Assembly: GCF_947581915.1 (NCBI RefSeq)
Contig: NZ_CANPWG010000065.1
Coordinates: forward strand, 161,181-225,180
DNA: 64,000 nt
Origin: Candidatus Palauibacter scopulicola
GTDB lineage: Bacteria > Gemmatimonadota > Gemmatimonadetes > Palauibacterales > Palauibacteraceae
Direction: 5' to 3'
Below the pieces are notes generated by a model, which worked only from the letters and a program-made list of their open reading frames with translations, was not told the origin of the DNA and did no database searches. The position numbers and the translations under genes are program-made. This document shows positions 56,314 to 64,000 of this stretch, piece by piece. The stretch's first letter is position 1; every line of letters begins with the position of its first letter.

Positions 56314-57272
56314 GCGAGCCGCTCGTCGTCGGGGCCAGGAGGTCGCCGCTCTCCCGGGCGCAAGCCGCCTGGGTGGGCGAACGGCTGCGCGAACGCTGGC
56401 CGGAGCTGTCCGTCGAATACCGGTTCATCTCCACCGCCGGGGACCGCGATCCCGGGACGCCGCTTCCGGAGATCGGGGGGAAGGGGCTGTTCACCGAGGA
56501 CCTCGAACGCGCCCTCCGGAAAGGGGACATCGACGTCGCGGTGCATTCCCTGAAGGACCTGCCGACGGACCTCCCCGATGGATTGACGCTGGGCGCGGTC
56601 CCCTCCCGCGAAGATCCCCGCGACGTCCTCGTGGTCCGCGAATCGCCGGTTGCCGCGCCCCGGGACACGGGCGGACGCGACCTCCTCCGACGTCTGCCCT
56701 CCGGCGCACGGGTCGGCACGTCGTCGCTGCGGCGCGCCGCGCAGTTGCGCGCCGCGCGGGCCGACCTCGAGCCGCGGCCGATCCGCGGGAATGTCGACAC
56801 GCGGCTCCGCAGGCTGGAGGACGGCCGCTTCGAGGCGCTGGTGCTGGCGGCAGCCGGGCTCCGGCGGCTCGGTCTGTGGCCCCGGGGCGCCCGCATCCTG
56901 GATGAGGACTGGCTACCCGCTCCCGGCCAGGGCGCGCTCGGGCTCCAGTGTCGGGACGGAGAGGATGGCATGGCCGCTCGCGTCGGGGCGCTGGACGACC
57001 CGGGCGTCCGAGCCGAGGTGACCGCCGAGCGGGCCCTGCTCGCGGCGCTCGAAGGGGGTTGCCGGGTTCCGATCGCCGCCCGCGCGTGGCTGCGGGGGGG
57101 AGATCTCTGGCTCCGCTCAGCCGTCTACGACGTGGACGGTGGCCCGCCGGTCGAAGCGGCCGGAACGGGGTCGCGCGCTTCGGCCGGCGCACTCGGCCGC
57201 GGGCTGGCGGAACAGTTGTTGAAGGCGGGGGCGTCCCGCCTCGTGGAGCGGGCGCGGCGGCTCAGCCCGTGA
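56310..57272 (+). CDS. hemC: hydroxymethylbilane synthase (porphobilinogen deaminase)
   Basis: VVGARRSPLSRAQA, VHSLKDLP, RGNVDTRL and a C-terminal dipyrromethane cofactor Cys region. Confidence 0.9.
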   Translation: MSEPLVVGARRSPLSRAQAAWVGERLRERWPELSVEYRFISTAGDRDPGTPLPEIGGKGLFTEDLERALRKGDIDVAVHSLKDLPTDLPDGLTLGAVPSREDPRDVLVVRESPVAAPRDTGGRDLLRRLPSGARVGTSSLRRAAQLRAARADLEPRPIRGNVDTRLRRLEDGRFEALVLAAAGLRRLGLWPRGARILDEDWLPAPGQGALGLQCRDGEDGMAARVGALDDPGVRAEVTAERALLAALEGGCRVPIAARAWLRGGDLWLRSAVYDVDGGPPVEAAGTGSRASAGALGRGLAEQLLKAGASRLVERARRLSP

Positions 57273-57891
57273 GGCGGCGCGAACCGTCTCCCTGGAATCC
57301 GTACATGAGAGTCACGCATCCGGGCGTCGCCTGCGGGCAGTAATAGCTCAGGATCCTCAGCTTCGCGTAGCGCCCCTCCGCCGTCCGGATCACGTAGGTC
57401 TCGTCCTTCGGTTCGAGGAGGTGGGAGAAAAATCCGTACCGGTACCAGCGTTCGAGTCCGGGCGTCGCCGGGCCGTCCTCCAGCGCGCCCTCCGTCGTCG
57501 CGTAACCGGACGCCGGAGCCTCCGTCACAGCCTCCCACGGGGCGCCGATGGCGATCGCCCCCCCGGCCCCGGGATATCCGCTGCCACCGTTGACAACGAG
57601 GTGGTACCGGTTGAGGGCGAGGTCCCAGCCGGCGAGCGGACCGCCGACCGCGCTCCCCTTGTCGAAATCGAAGTAGACCCAGTGCGAGCCGTCCCGGGCA
57701 TCGACGGTGACGGTGTCCACGACGAACCGGTCCACGGGGGGGCGCGGGCCGACGGGAGAAGGAACGAAGGTCACGGGGTCGGGCCTCGTGAACGAGCCGG
57801 CAACGACGACGACGAGGATGAACAGGAACACGGCCCCCGCGACGTACAGTACAACCGGCCGGTCCCCGTCCGTCCGGTCCCCGCCCTTCAC
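57262..57891 (-). CDS. hypothetical membrane-anchored protein, possibly HmuY-like (tentative)
   Basis: GTG start at 57891 shares GTGA with the stop of the upstream small ORF. There is an N-terminal TM (VVLYVAGAVFLFILVVVVAG) then a beta-rich domain (WVYFDFDKG...WDLALNRYHLVVNGG...YAKLRILSYY). The similarity to the HmuY heme-binding family is from memory only and unverified. Confidence 0.45.
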   Translation of the reverse strand: MKGGDRTDGDRPVVLYVAGAVFLFILVVVVAGSFTRPDPVTFVPSPVGPRPPVDRFVVDTVTVDARDGSHWVYFDFDKGSAVGGPLAGWDLALNRYHLVVNGGSGYPGAGGAIAIGAPWEAVTEAPASGYATTEGALEDGPATPGLERWYRYGFFSHLLEPKDETYVIRTAEGRYAKLRILSYYCPQATPGCVTLMYGFQGDGSRRLTG

Positions 57892-58115
57892 CGTCCTCGG
57901 TGCCACGGGGAATCGTGCCGCGTTCCGCTCAGGAACCGGGCCAGGTTGGCGAGATAGTAGGCGAGCGCCGCCGTCGCGAGCGCGAAGATCACGCCGATTG
58001 CCAGCGCCCCGAGACTCCCGGCGCTCGCGAAGATCCGGAATTCCCACGCGGCGAAGACGGCGCAGAAGACGATGGCCGTCGCGATGAGAAAACGGTGAAA
58101 CCCGATGATCGACAT
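57888..58115 (-). CDS. small membrane protein, hypothetical (~75 aa)
   Basis: MSIIGFHRFLIATAIVFCAVFAAWEF...LGALAIGVIFALATAALAYYL. Translationally coupled (GTGA) to the downstream gene. Confidence 0.35.
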   Translation of the reverse strand: MSIIGFHRFLIATAIVFCAVFAAWEFRIFASAGSLGALAIGVIFALATAALAYYLANLARFLSGTRHDSPWHRGR

Positions 58116-58225
58116 GGGATGTTCCGATTCACGGTGGACTTCGGTCCGTCTGCCGGACATCGTACGAAGGCGGGACGCGAGCCGAAACTTCGCCTCCATC
58201 CCCTGTTGACCCTCTGCCGGCCCGA

Positions 58226-59134
58226 TTGGAGCTTCCACTCCCCATGAGTTCCGGATTTCGCACCTACCACGAAGTGGACGAACTGCGCTCGGATCTCCCG
58301 GATCAGATCGCGGCCGGGGACGAGCGCGTGTCCGTGCGGCTCGCTTCCGTCGCCCGCGTCATCGCGGTGATGAGCGGCAAGGGCGGGGTGGGGAAGAGCC
58401 TCGTCTCCGCCCTTCTCGCGACCGCCCTCGCCCGGGGGGGGGATCGCGTGGGCCTGGTCGATGCGGACCTCAACGGCCCCAGCGTGCCGCGCCTTCTCGG
58501 CATCGAACCCGAAAGCCTCGCCGAATCCCGGGATGGGTTCGCACCGCCCGCTTCGCGCGCCGGAGTCCGCGTCATGTCGATGGCGTTCCTCACGGAGCCG
58601 GACCGCGCCCTCACGTGGCGCGAGCCCGCCGACGCCGGCTTTGTGTGGCGTGGCGCCCAGGAGCGGGGGGCCCTGCGGGAATTCCTGTCCGATGTCGCGT
58701 GGGGAGAACTGGATGCGCTCCTCGTGGACCTGCCGCCGGGTACCCAGCGGCTCGCCGAACTCCACGCGCTCGTCCCCGGAATCGCCGGCATCGTCGCGGT
58801 CACCATCCCGAGCGCCGCCTCCCGCGACGCGGTGGCGCGTTCGCTCGATCTCGCTCGGAGACGCGGCCTTCCCATCCTGGGACTCGTGGAGAACCTGTCG
58901 GGGGTTCGCTGCGACGCCTGCGGAGAGCTTGCTCCGCTGCACGCCGGTGACGCCGGGGCCGAACTGGCGGGCCGTTTCCGGGTTCCCCTGCTTGCGCGCC
59001 TCCCCTTCGATGCGGCGCTGGGGGCCGCGGCGGACGAGGGACGGCTCGAGGAATGGCTGGCGGGCGGGCGCGGAGCCGCGGAGGCGCTCCGGAAGGTGGT
59101 CGACGTGCTTCACGCGGCGCGCGCGGCGCGATGA
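58226..59134 (+). CDS. apbC: Mrp/NBP35-family Fe-S cluster carrier ATPase (ApbC-like)
   Basis: Deviant Walker A SGKGGVGKS, and a CxxC near the C-terminus (RCDACGE). Confidence 0.9.
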   Translation: MELPLPMSSGFRTYHEVDELRSDLPDQIAAGDERVSVRLASVARVIAVMSGKGGVGKSLVSALLATALARGGDRVGLVDADLNGPSVPRLLGIEPESLAESRDGFAPPASRAGVRVMSMAFLTEPDRALTWREPADAGFVWRGAQERGALREFLSDVAWGELDALLVDLPPGTQRLAELHALVPGIAGIVAVTIPSAASRDAVARSLDLARRRGLPILGLVENLSGVRCDACGELAPLHAGDAGAELAGRFRVPLLARLPFDAALGAAADEGRLEEWLAGGRGAAEALRKVVDVLHAARAAR

Positions 59135-59574
59135 AGTTCCTCTGCGTGGACTGCGACCGGCAGATGGCCTTCGACGAGCGGGCCGTGCCCGGCGACGGCA
59201 CGATGGCCGCCGTCTTCAGGTGTCCCTCCTGCGGGCGGAAGACCGCGATGCTCGCCAACCCCATGGAAACGCAGCTCGTGAGTTCGCTCGGCGTGAAGGT
59301 GGGAGGCCGCACCGTCCCGAACGAGAACTTTGAAGGCATCCGCGCCGGCGTGGAGCAGGCGCGCGACGAAGCCCCGTCCGCACCGCCGTTGACGAACCCC
59401 GGACCCGTGCGCTGGAACGTGGACGCGGTCGAGCGCCTCGGCCACGTGCCCTCCTTCGTGCGGGGGATGGTGAAGAAGATCTACAACGAATACGCCCGGG
59501 AACGCGGGATCGAGGAGATGACGCCCGCCGTCATGGACCGGGCCCGGTCCGATCTCGGCCTGGAAGGCATGTAG
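59131..59574 (+). CDS. zinc-ribbon + PCP_red-domain protein (protochlorophyllide-reductase 57 kDa-subunit C-terminal-like domain)
   Basis: N-terminal CVDCD...CPSCG zinc ribbon. The C-terminal VRWNVDAVERLGHVPSFVRGMVKKIYNEYARERGIEEMT matches the PCP_red consensus (W..EA..RL..IP.FVR......E..A...G...IT). ATGA overlap with apbC. Confidence 0.6.
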   Translation: MKFLCVDCDRQMAFDERAVPGDGTMAAVFRCPSCGRKTAMLANPMETQLVSSLGVKVGGRTVPNENFEGIRAGVEQARDEAPSAPPLTNPGPVRWNVDAVERLGHVPSFVRGMVKKIYNEYARERGIEEMTPAVMDRARSDLGLEGM

Positions 59575-59580
59575 CCGGCG

Positions 59581-59871
59581 GTGACGGATGGCGGCGGAGG
59601 GGTGAGCGATACGCGTGAAGGGGCGGGGGCTCCGGATCCGTCCGTGGAACGGGAGGTCCACGGGCTCCGCGCCGTCATTGACCGCGACCTGTGCGTCGGC
59701 TTCGGGGACTGCATCGAGGAGGCGCCGGAGGCCTTCGATCTCGACGAGGATGGGGTAGCGGTGTTCACCGGCCCGGAGCATGCCTCGCGGAAGCGCTTCA
59801 TCGAGGCGTGCGCGTCCTGTCCGGTCGATGCGATCACCGTCCTGGAAGACGGGATAGAGATCGTTCCGTGA
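59581..59871 (+). CDS. small single-cluster [3Fe-4S]/[4Fe-4S] ferredoxin
   Basis: IDRDLCVGFGDCIEEAPEAF...CASCPVDAI, a CxxGxxxC...C(P) ferredoxin pattern. Confidence 0.7.
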   Translation: MTDGGGGVSDTREGAGAPDPSVEREVHGLRAVIDRDLCVGFGDCIEEAPEAFDLDEDGVAVFTGPEHASRKRFIEACASCPVDAITVLEDGIEIVP

Positions 59872-60815
59872 ACCCCGGCGCCGCGGCGAAGCCCCCGCTG
59901 GTGACGGCGGAGGCGGTCGCCTACCGCTACCCCGATGGGAGTCCCGCCCTCCGGGACCTCTCGCTCGAGGTCCGGGAGGGAGAGCGCCTCGCGCTCCTCG
60001 GCCCCAACGGGTCCGGCAAATCGACCTTCCTCCGACTCCTCGGCGGCGACGGCGCTCCGGGGCTTCGTCGGGCCCCCGGTGTCGACGATGCCCGGCAGCG
60101 CTGGCTCGCCCCCGACCGGCCCGCCCTGCGCACGTGGCTCAGCGGGCGCGACAACGCGGCCGTCCTGCTCGAACTCCACGGCGCCGGACCCGGCGAGGCG
60201 CGCGCCACGGCGGACGCGTGGCTCGCGCGCTTCGGGCTCGAGGCGGACGCCGGCCGCCCCGCCGGCGCCTACTCGAGCGGCATGCGGAGACGGCTCGCGC
60301 TCGCGACCGCGTTCGGAACCGCGGCCCCGTTGCTCCTGCTCGACGAGCCGCTGGCCGGGCTCGATCCCGGTGGTCGGGCGGCCTTCGCCGAAGCCCTCGC
60401 CGACCACGCCGCCGACGGGGGGACCGCGGTGCTGTCCGCCCATGATCCCGTCTTCGCCGCCGCGCACTGCGACCGTGTCGCGTTCATCGTCGACGGGCGC
60501 TGCGCGGTGGTGGACACCCCGGCCCGGCTCCTGGAGCGCGTCGGCGCCCGCCCCCGCGTGGAGATCCGGTTCGCCGCCGGGCGGAGCCCCGACCCCGACA
60601 CCCTGGACCCCGCGCCGGAGGACGTGCGCACGTCGGTCTGGGACGAGAGCGCGGTGATCCTCGAGGTCGAGGACCCGAGCCGGGCGCTTCCCGAGACGCT
60701 GGCCTGGGTCCTGCGCGGCGGGGCCTCCGTCGCCTCGGTCGCCGTCCGGGAACCCAGTCTCGCGGACGCCTTTGCGACGCTCACGGGCCGGCGTCTGGAA
60801 GAGAGTTCCGAGTGA
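59868..60815 (+). CDS. ABC transporter ATP-binding protein (ABC-2 exporter type)
   Basis: Walker A GPNGSGKST, signature YSSGMRRRLALA and Walker B LLLLDEPLAGLD. GTGA overlap with the ferredoxin. Confidence 0.85.
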   Translation: MNPGAAAKPPLVTAEAVAYRYPDGSPALRDLSLEVREGERLALLGPNGSGKSTFLRLLGGDGAPGLRRAPGVDDARQRWLAPDRPALRTWLSGRDNAAVLLELHGAGPGEARATADAWLARFGLEADAGRPAGAYSSGMRRRLALATAFGTAAPLLLLDEPLAGLDPGGRAAFAEALADHAADGGTAVLSAHDPVFAAAHCDRVAFIVDGRCAVVDTPARLLERVGARPRVEIRFAAGRSPDPDTLDPAPEDVRTSVWDESAVILEVEDPSRALPETLAWVLRGGASVASVAVREPSLADAFATLTGRRLEESSE

Positions 60816-61519
60816 CGATCTGGCGCCTGGCGTGGCGCACGGCCCTGCGGCGGCGGCGGTTGTTCCTGTGGAACGTCGGGGTCCCGCTCCTCCTCCTCAC
60901 GCCCGTGGCCCTCAGCGCGACCGCGGCGCCGCACCGGGTCGCCGTCTTCGGCGTATTCATCGTCTTCTTCGGAGCCTTCGGCTCGGCCATCCCCGCCGTG
61001 CGCGACGCCCGCGACGGGTGGCTCGATGAGATCCTTCGCACCGGCTACTCCGCACCCCGCTGGCTCCTCGAGCGCACGCTCGCGGGCACGACGATCGACG
61101 CGCTCCAGCTCGCGCCCGCGGTCCTCGTCCTCCTGTGGTCGGCCGGCGGCGCCGGTGCGGGACCCGTCGTCCTCCTGTCGGCCCTCGCGACGTTGTGGTT
61201 CGCGAACCTGCTCGGTCCCCTTGTGGCGGCCGCGGTGCGTTCGCTCGCCGAAGCGGCCCTCGCTTCCGCCGCGCTTTCCCTCCTCCTCCTGCACTTCGCC
61301 GGCTTCTTCCGGACCCCCGTTCCGGGCTGGACCTCCTTCGTCGCCGAGTGGAATCCGTACGCGCCGCTGCGGGCCGCGCTCACGGCGGGCACCGGCGGGA
61401 TGCCCATGGACGCTTCCGTCTGGCTCCGCAGCCTTCTCGTCGCGGCCGGCGTGACCTTCGGGGCCGCGGTTTTGGCCTCGGATTGGAGCCGCCGCCTCCG
61501 CTGGCCGCGAACTCCCTAG
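60812..61519 (+). CDS. ABC-2-type transporter permease
   Basis: Six predicted TM segments; GTGA coupling to the ATPase. Confidence 0.6.
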   Translation: MTIWRLAWRTALRRRRLFLWNVGVPLLLLTPVALSATAAPHRVAVFGVFIVFFGAFGSAIPAVRDARDGWLDEILRTGYSAPRWLLERTLAGTTIDALQLAPAVLVLLWSAGGAGAGPVVLLSALATLWFANLLGPLVAAAVRSLAEAALASAALSLLLLHFAGFFRTPVPGWTSFVAEWNPYAPLRAALTAGTGGMPMDASVWLRSLLVAAGVTFGAAVLASDWSRRLRWPRTP

Positions 61520-61731
61520 TGCCGTTTGACTTTCCCCGTGGGCAGCCGCACCTTCTTGGCGCATAAGCGGGGTTCCGGACCTTCCGGCGGCCCCGACAAC
61601 CTTGGATCAGCGTCGCCGAATTCCTCGTCCGTGGCCGATTCTCGCGGACTGCGTACATCCGGGCTTCGCAGCCGGGCGAGGCTGGTGCGAGCAGCGTGAA
61701 CCGGCCGCAGCACGCCGTCCAACGGAGCGCC

Positions 61732-63993
61732 ATGTATCGAGAGGTATTCGTCCCGGTCGATAACTCGCGCGAGTCGGACTGGGCCGTGGACCGGGCCATC
61801 GAACTCTGCGCTCGCTCCGGAGGCCGCATCACCGGCTCTCACGTCTACGCCGCGCGCCTCCACGACATCCGGTTTCGCCAGCTCGAGATCGGCCTCCCGG
61901 CCCAGTTCCAGGAGCCGGCGGAGATCCGCAGGCAGCGCAAGATCCACGACAAGCTGATCGAGAAGGGGCTTCAGCTCATCTCGGACAGCTTCCTGGACCA
62001 GCTCCACCGCCGCTGCTCCGAAGCCGGCGTGACCCTCACGCGGCAGCTTCTCGAGGGCATCAACTACGAGGAGATCATCAACGAGGCGAACCGCGGCGGC
62101 GGACGTCTCCCGAGCCTCATCGGTTTCGACCCGAACATCGCCCACAACTACGACGGCAGCGAGAAGCAGCGCGCGGACGTCAAGCTGGGCGAGAACGGCC
62201 GGCTCGTGGCCGAGGACGAAGAGCAGGAGGACAAGCTCGCCGGTACCTCCGGTCGCGACTACGACCTCGTCACCATCGGCGCCCACGGCCTCGGGCGGCA
62301 GGAACGGAGCCGCCTCGGCGGCGTCGTCGCGCGCGCGCTCCGCGGGATCGAGAAAGACGCGCTCATCGTCCGCGACGACCGGCCGCTGGAGGGTGGCAGG
62401 TGGCTCGTCGGCGTGGACGGGTCGGCGTACGCCTACAAGGGCCTGCGCATCGCGCTCGACATGGCCCGCGAATACGGCGCCAAGGTCTACATCGCGAGCG
62501 CCTTCGACGTGCAGTACCACCACGTCGTCTTCCACAACATCAAAGACGTGCTCTCGGTCCAGGCCTCGAAGGTGTTCAAGTTCGAGGAGCAGGAGGAGCT
62601 CCACAACAACATCATCGACAAGGGCCTGCTCCGCCTCTGCAAGGCGAACATCAAGCGGGCCGAGGTGATGGCGAGCGAGTATCCCGAGGTCGAGATCGAG
62701 ACCCAGGTGCTGGTCGGGAAGCCGTTCGACGTGCTCCTCAAGTGGGCCGAGGAGATCGATCCATCGCTCATCGTCGTGGCCCGCCACGGCTCGCACCGCA
62801 TCGAGGGCACGGACATCGGCTCGCAGGCCGACAACCTCGTCGCCCTCGCGGACGCGAACATCCTGCTCATCGGCACCGGGAACGTCCGGCCCGAGGAGAT
62901 CCCCTGGATCGAGGAGGACGGCGAGGCCGGGCTCGAGTGGGCGCCCGAGGCGGAGGTGAGGATCCTGCGCGTGCCGCCGTTCGCCCTCGGGATCGCGCGC
63001 AAGGCCGTCGAGGAGTTCGTCCTCGAACACTACGGACCCGGGAGCCGCTACGCGGCCGCCTTCGTCCCGAATCCGAAGGACGAGAAGCAGTACCGGGCGG
63101 CTCGGCCGCCGGCGGACGGAGACGCCGTGGCCGGCAATGGGGCGAGCGGCACCGCGAAGGTGGCGCGTGACGCGCTGGAGACCGGCGCGGCGCCTTCGAT
63201 CGCCGAGGTCGGAGAGGCCGCCAACGGGCGCGGGAACGCGGAGAAGACCGAACTCTGGAATCGCGACCAGCTGCCCGTCGTGACGAATGATCGCCTCGAC
63301 GAGGCGATCAAGAAGCTCCTCCCGACCCACATGCAGCTCGTGATGGGGATCGGCGACGCGGAGGAACTCGCCCTCGCCGAGGTGAAGGCGGACGAGGCGA
63401 TGAAGCGCACCGTGGTGGAGACGAGCGACGCCGACGCGTTCGAGGCCCCGCTTCCGGTGATGGCGAAGTGCCCGGTCACGGACAACCAGATCCCGCGCGA
63501 CCGCACGGCCGCCGACCCGATCGTCTGGACGCACGAGGCGTTCGAGCGCCTGGGGCGCGTGCCGCTGATCGCCCGCCCCCTCGCCCGGAACACGGTGGAG
63601 CGCTTCGCCCGCGACCAGGGCATGTGGCGCGTGACCACCGTCGTCATGGACGAGAACAAGGACGCGATGATCGCGGCCGACGAGTTCGACCTCGACACGA
63701 TGCTCGTGATGTTCAACGAGTTGAAGGCGAAGCAGGCGCGGGCCGAAGCCGCCGGCGTTGACGGCATGAGCGAGGAGATGAAGCGCTTCATCGAGGAGGC
63801 GAAGGCCTCCGGGGTGACGCGCTGTCCGATCCGCGACATCGAGCAGCAGGCGGCGGACTGTCCCGTCGACTTCAAGATGGTGTCGCCCGACGATGCCCGC
63901 GCGGCGGTCGAGAAGTTCGCGCGCACGGAGCTCGGGGACGAGTCGGAAGCGGACGCCCGTCCCGCTTCGGAGCAGGGGCCGCGCGCGAAGTGA
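61732..63993 (+). CDS. multidomain protein: tandem universal stress protein (UspA) domains + two PCP_red domains + C-terminal Cys-Pro motif region
   Basis: UspA-like 1 (MYREVFVPVDNSRESDWAVDRAIELC ... DYDLVTIGAHGLGRQERSRLGGVVARALR). UspA-like 2 (WLVGVDGSAYAYKGLRIALDMA ... LIVVARHGSHRIEGTDIGSQADNLV). PCP_red 1 (EWAPEAEVRILRVPPFALGIARKAVEEFVLEHYG). PCP_red 2 (WTHEAFERLGRVPLIARPLARNTVERFARDQGMWRVT). C-terminal RCPIRD...CPVDF. Start at ATG 61732; the ORF-track GTG is at 61696. Confidence 0.75.
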   Translation: MYREVFVPVDNSRESDWAVDRAIELCARSGGRITGSHVYAARLHDIRFRQLEIGLPAQFQEPAEIRRQRKIHDKLIEKGLQLISDSFLDQLHRRCSEAGVTLTRQLLEGINYEEIINEANRGGGRLPSLIGFDPNIAHNYDGSEKQRADVKLGENGRLVAEDEEQEDKLAGTSGRDYDLVTIGAHGLGRQERSRLGGVVARALRGIEKDALIVRDDRPLEGGRWLVGVDGSAYAYKGLRIALDMAREYGAKVYIASAFDVQYHHVVFHNIKDVLSVQASKVFKFEEQEELHNNIIDKGLLRLCKANIKRAEVMASEYPEVEIETQVLVGKPFDVLLKWAEEIDPSLIVVARHGSHRIEGTDIGSQADNLVALADANILLIGTGNVRPEEIPWIEEDGEAGLEWAPEAEVRILRVPPFALGIARKAVEEFVLEHYGPGSRYAAAFVPNPKDEKQYRAARPPADGDAVAGNGASGTAKVARDALETGAAPSIAEVGEAANGRGNAEKTELWNRDQLPVVTNDRLDEAIKKLLPTHMQLVMGIGDAEELALAEVKADEAMKRTVVETSDADAFEAPLPVMAKCPVTDNQIPRDRTAADPIVWTHEAFERLGRVPLIARPLARNTVERFARDQGMWRVTTVVMDENKDAMIAADEFDLDTMLVMFNELKAKQARAEAAGVDGMSEEMKRFIEEAKASGVTRCPIRDIEQQAADCPVDFKMVSPDDARAAVEKFARTELGDESEADARPASEQGPRAK

Positions 63994-64000
63994 CCGGGGC

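Noticed and set aside
1-64000. CRISPR arrays, IS elements, integrases, toxin–antitoxin pairs, restriction-modification genes.
   Set aside because: No direct-repeat/spacer periodicity, no inverted-repeat-flanked transposase, and no recombinase- or defence-like ORF was seen on either strand. The window reads as core chromosome.

Overview
This is a very high-GC (~70%) chromosomal segment, gene-dense and mostly on the + strand, with about 75 features. The overall style (GTG/TTG starts, many 4-nt GTGA/ATGA/TTGA start/stop overlaps, a split Mrp cluster) resembles a Gemmatimonadota-like or similar high-GC lineage, but that assignment is only an inference. The window is mostly housekeeping. The list below gives the main gene blocks in order.

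- **Start of window:** cytochrome oxidase subunit IV, a DUF4159 protein, a TPP-dependent E1-alpha subunit, RNase Z, an AroA–Cmk fusion and rpsA.
- **Propionate branch:** acyl-CoA carboxylase beta subunit, biotin carboxylase, a separate biotin carrier protein and a methylmalonyl-CoA mutase catalytic subunit.
- **Single-gene block:** an FmdB zinc ribbon, argS, a PfkB kinase and purM.
- **Riboflavin operon:** ribD, ribE, ribBA, ribH, followed by nusB.
- **Regulatory PTS-type block:** hpf, hprK, mannose-family EIIA/B/C/D, ptsH and ptsI.
- **Selenocysteine/rescue block:** metK, a bifunctional nuclease, recO and selB. This is followed by ptsN plus a zinc ribbon on the – strand, then a tmRNA gene (tag ...ANNGLALAA) and greA.
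- **Mla and selC:** mlaEFD on the – strand, ridA, and then an unannotated tRNA-Sec (selC) that the ORF track buries inside a spurious ORF start.
- **Mrp cluster:** lipoproteins, then a Mrp-type cation/proton antiporter cluster with Mbh-like gene order and three NuoL/M/N-like paralogs.
- **End of window:** a PaaI thioesterase, an MDR dehydrogenase, NRAMP, an acyl-CoA synthetase and hemC.

The least-characterised part is at 57.2–64.0 kb. It holds an ApbC (Mrp/NBP35) – Zn-ribbon/PCP_red – ferredoxin – ABC exporter operon, followed by a 754-aa protein made of two universal-stress-protein domains and two PCP_red (protochlorophyllide-reductase 57 kDa-subunit-like) domains. That neighbourhood is the best candidate here for an undescribed system.

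No CRISPR array, integrase or obvious mobile element was seen. The long ORFs opposite known genes are treated as GC-driven shadow ORFs.
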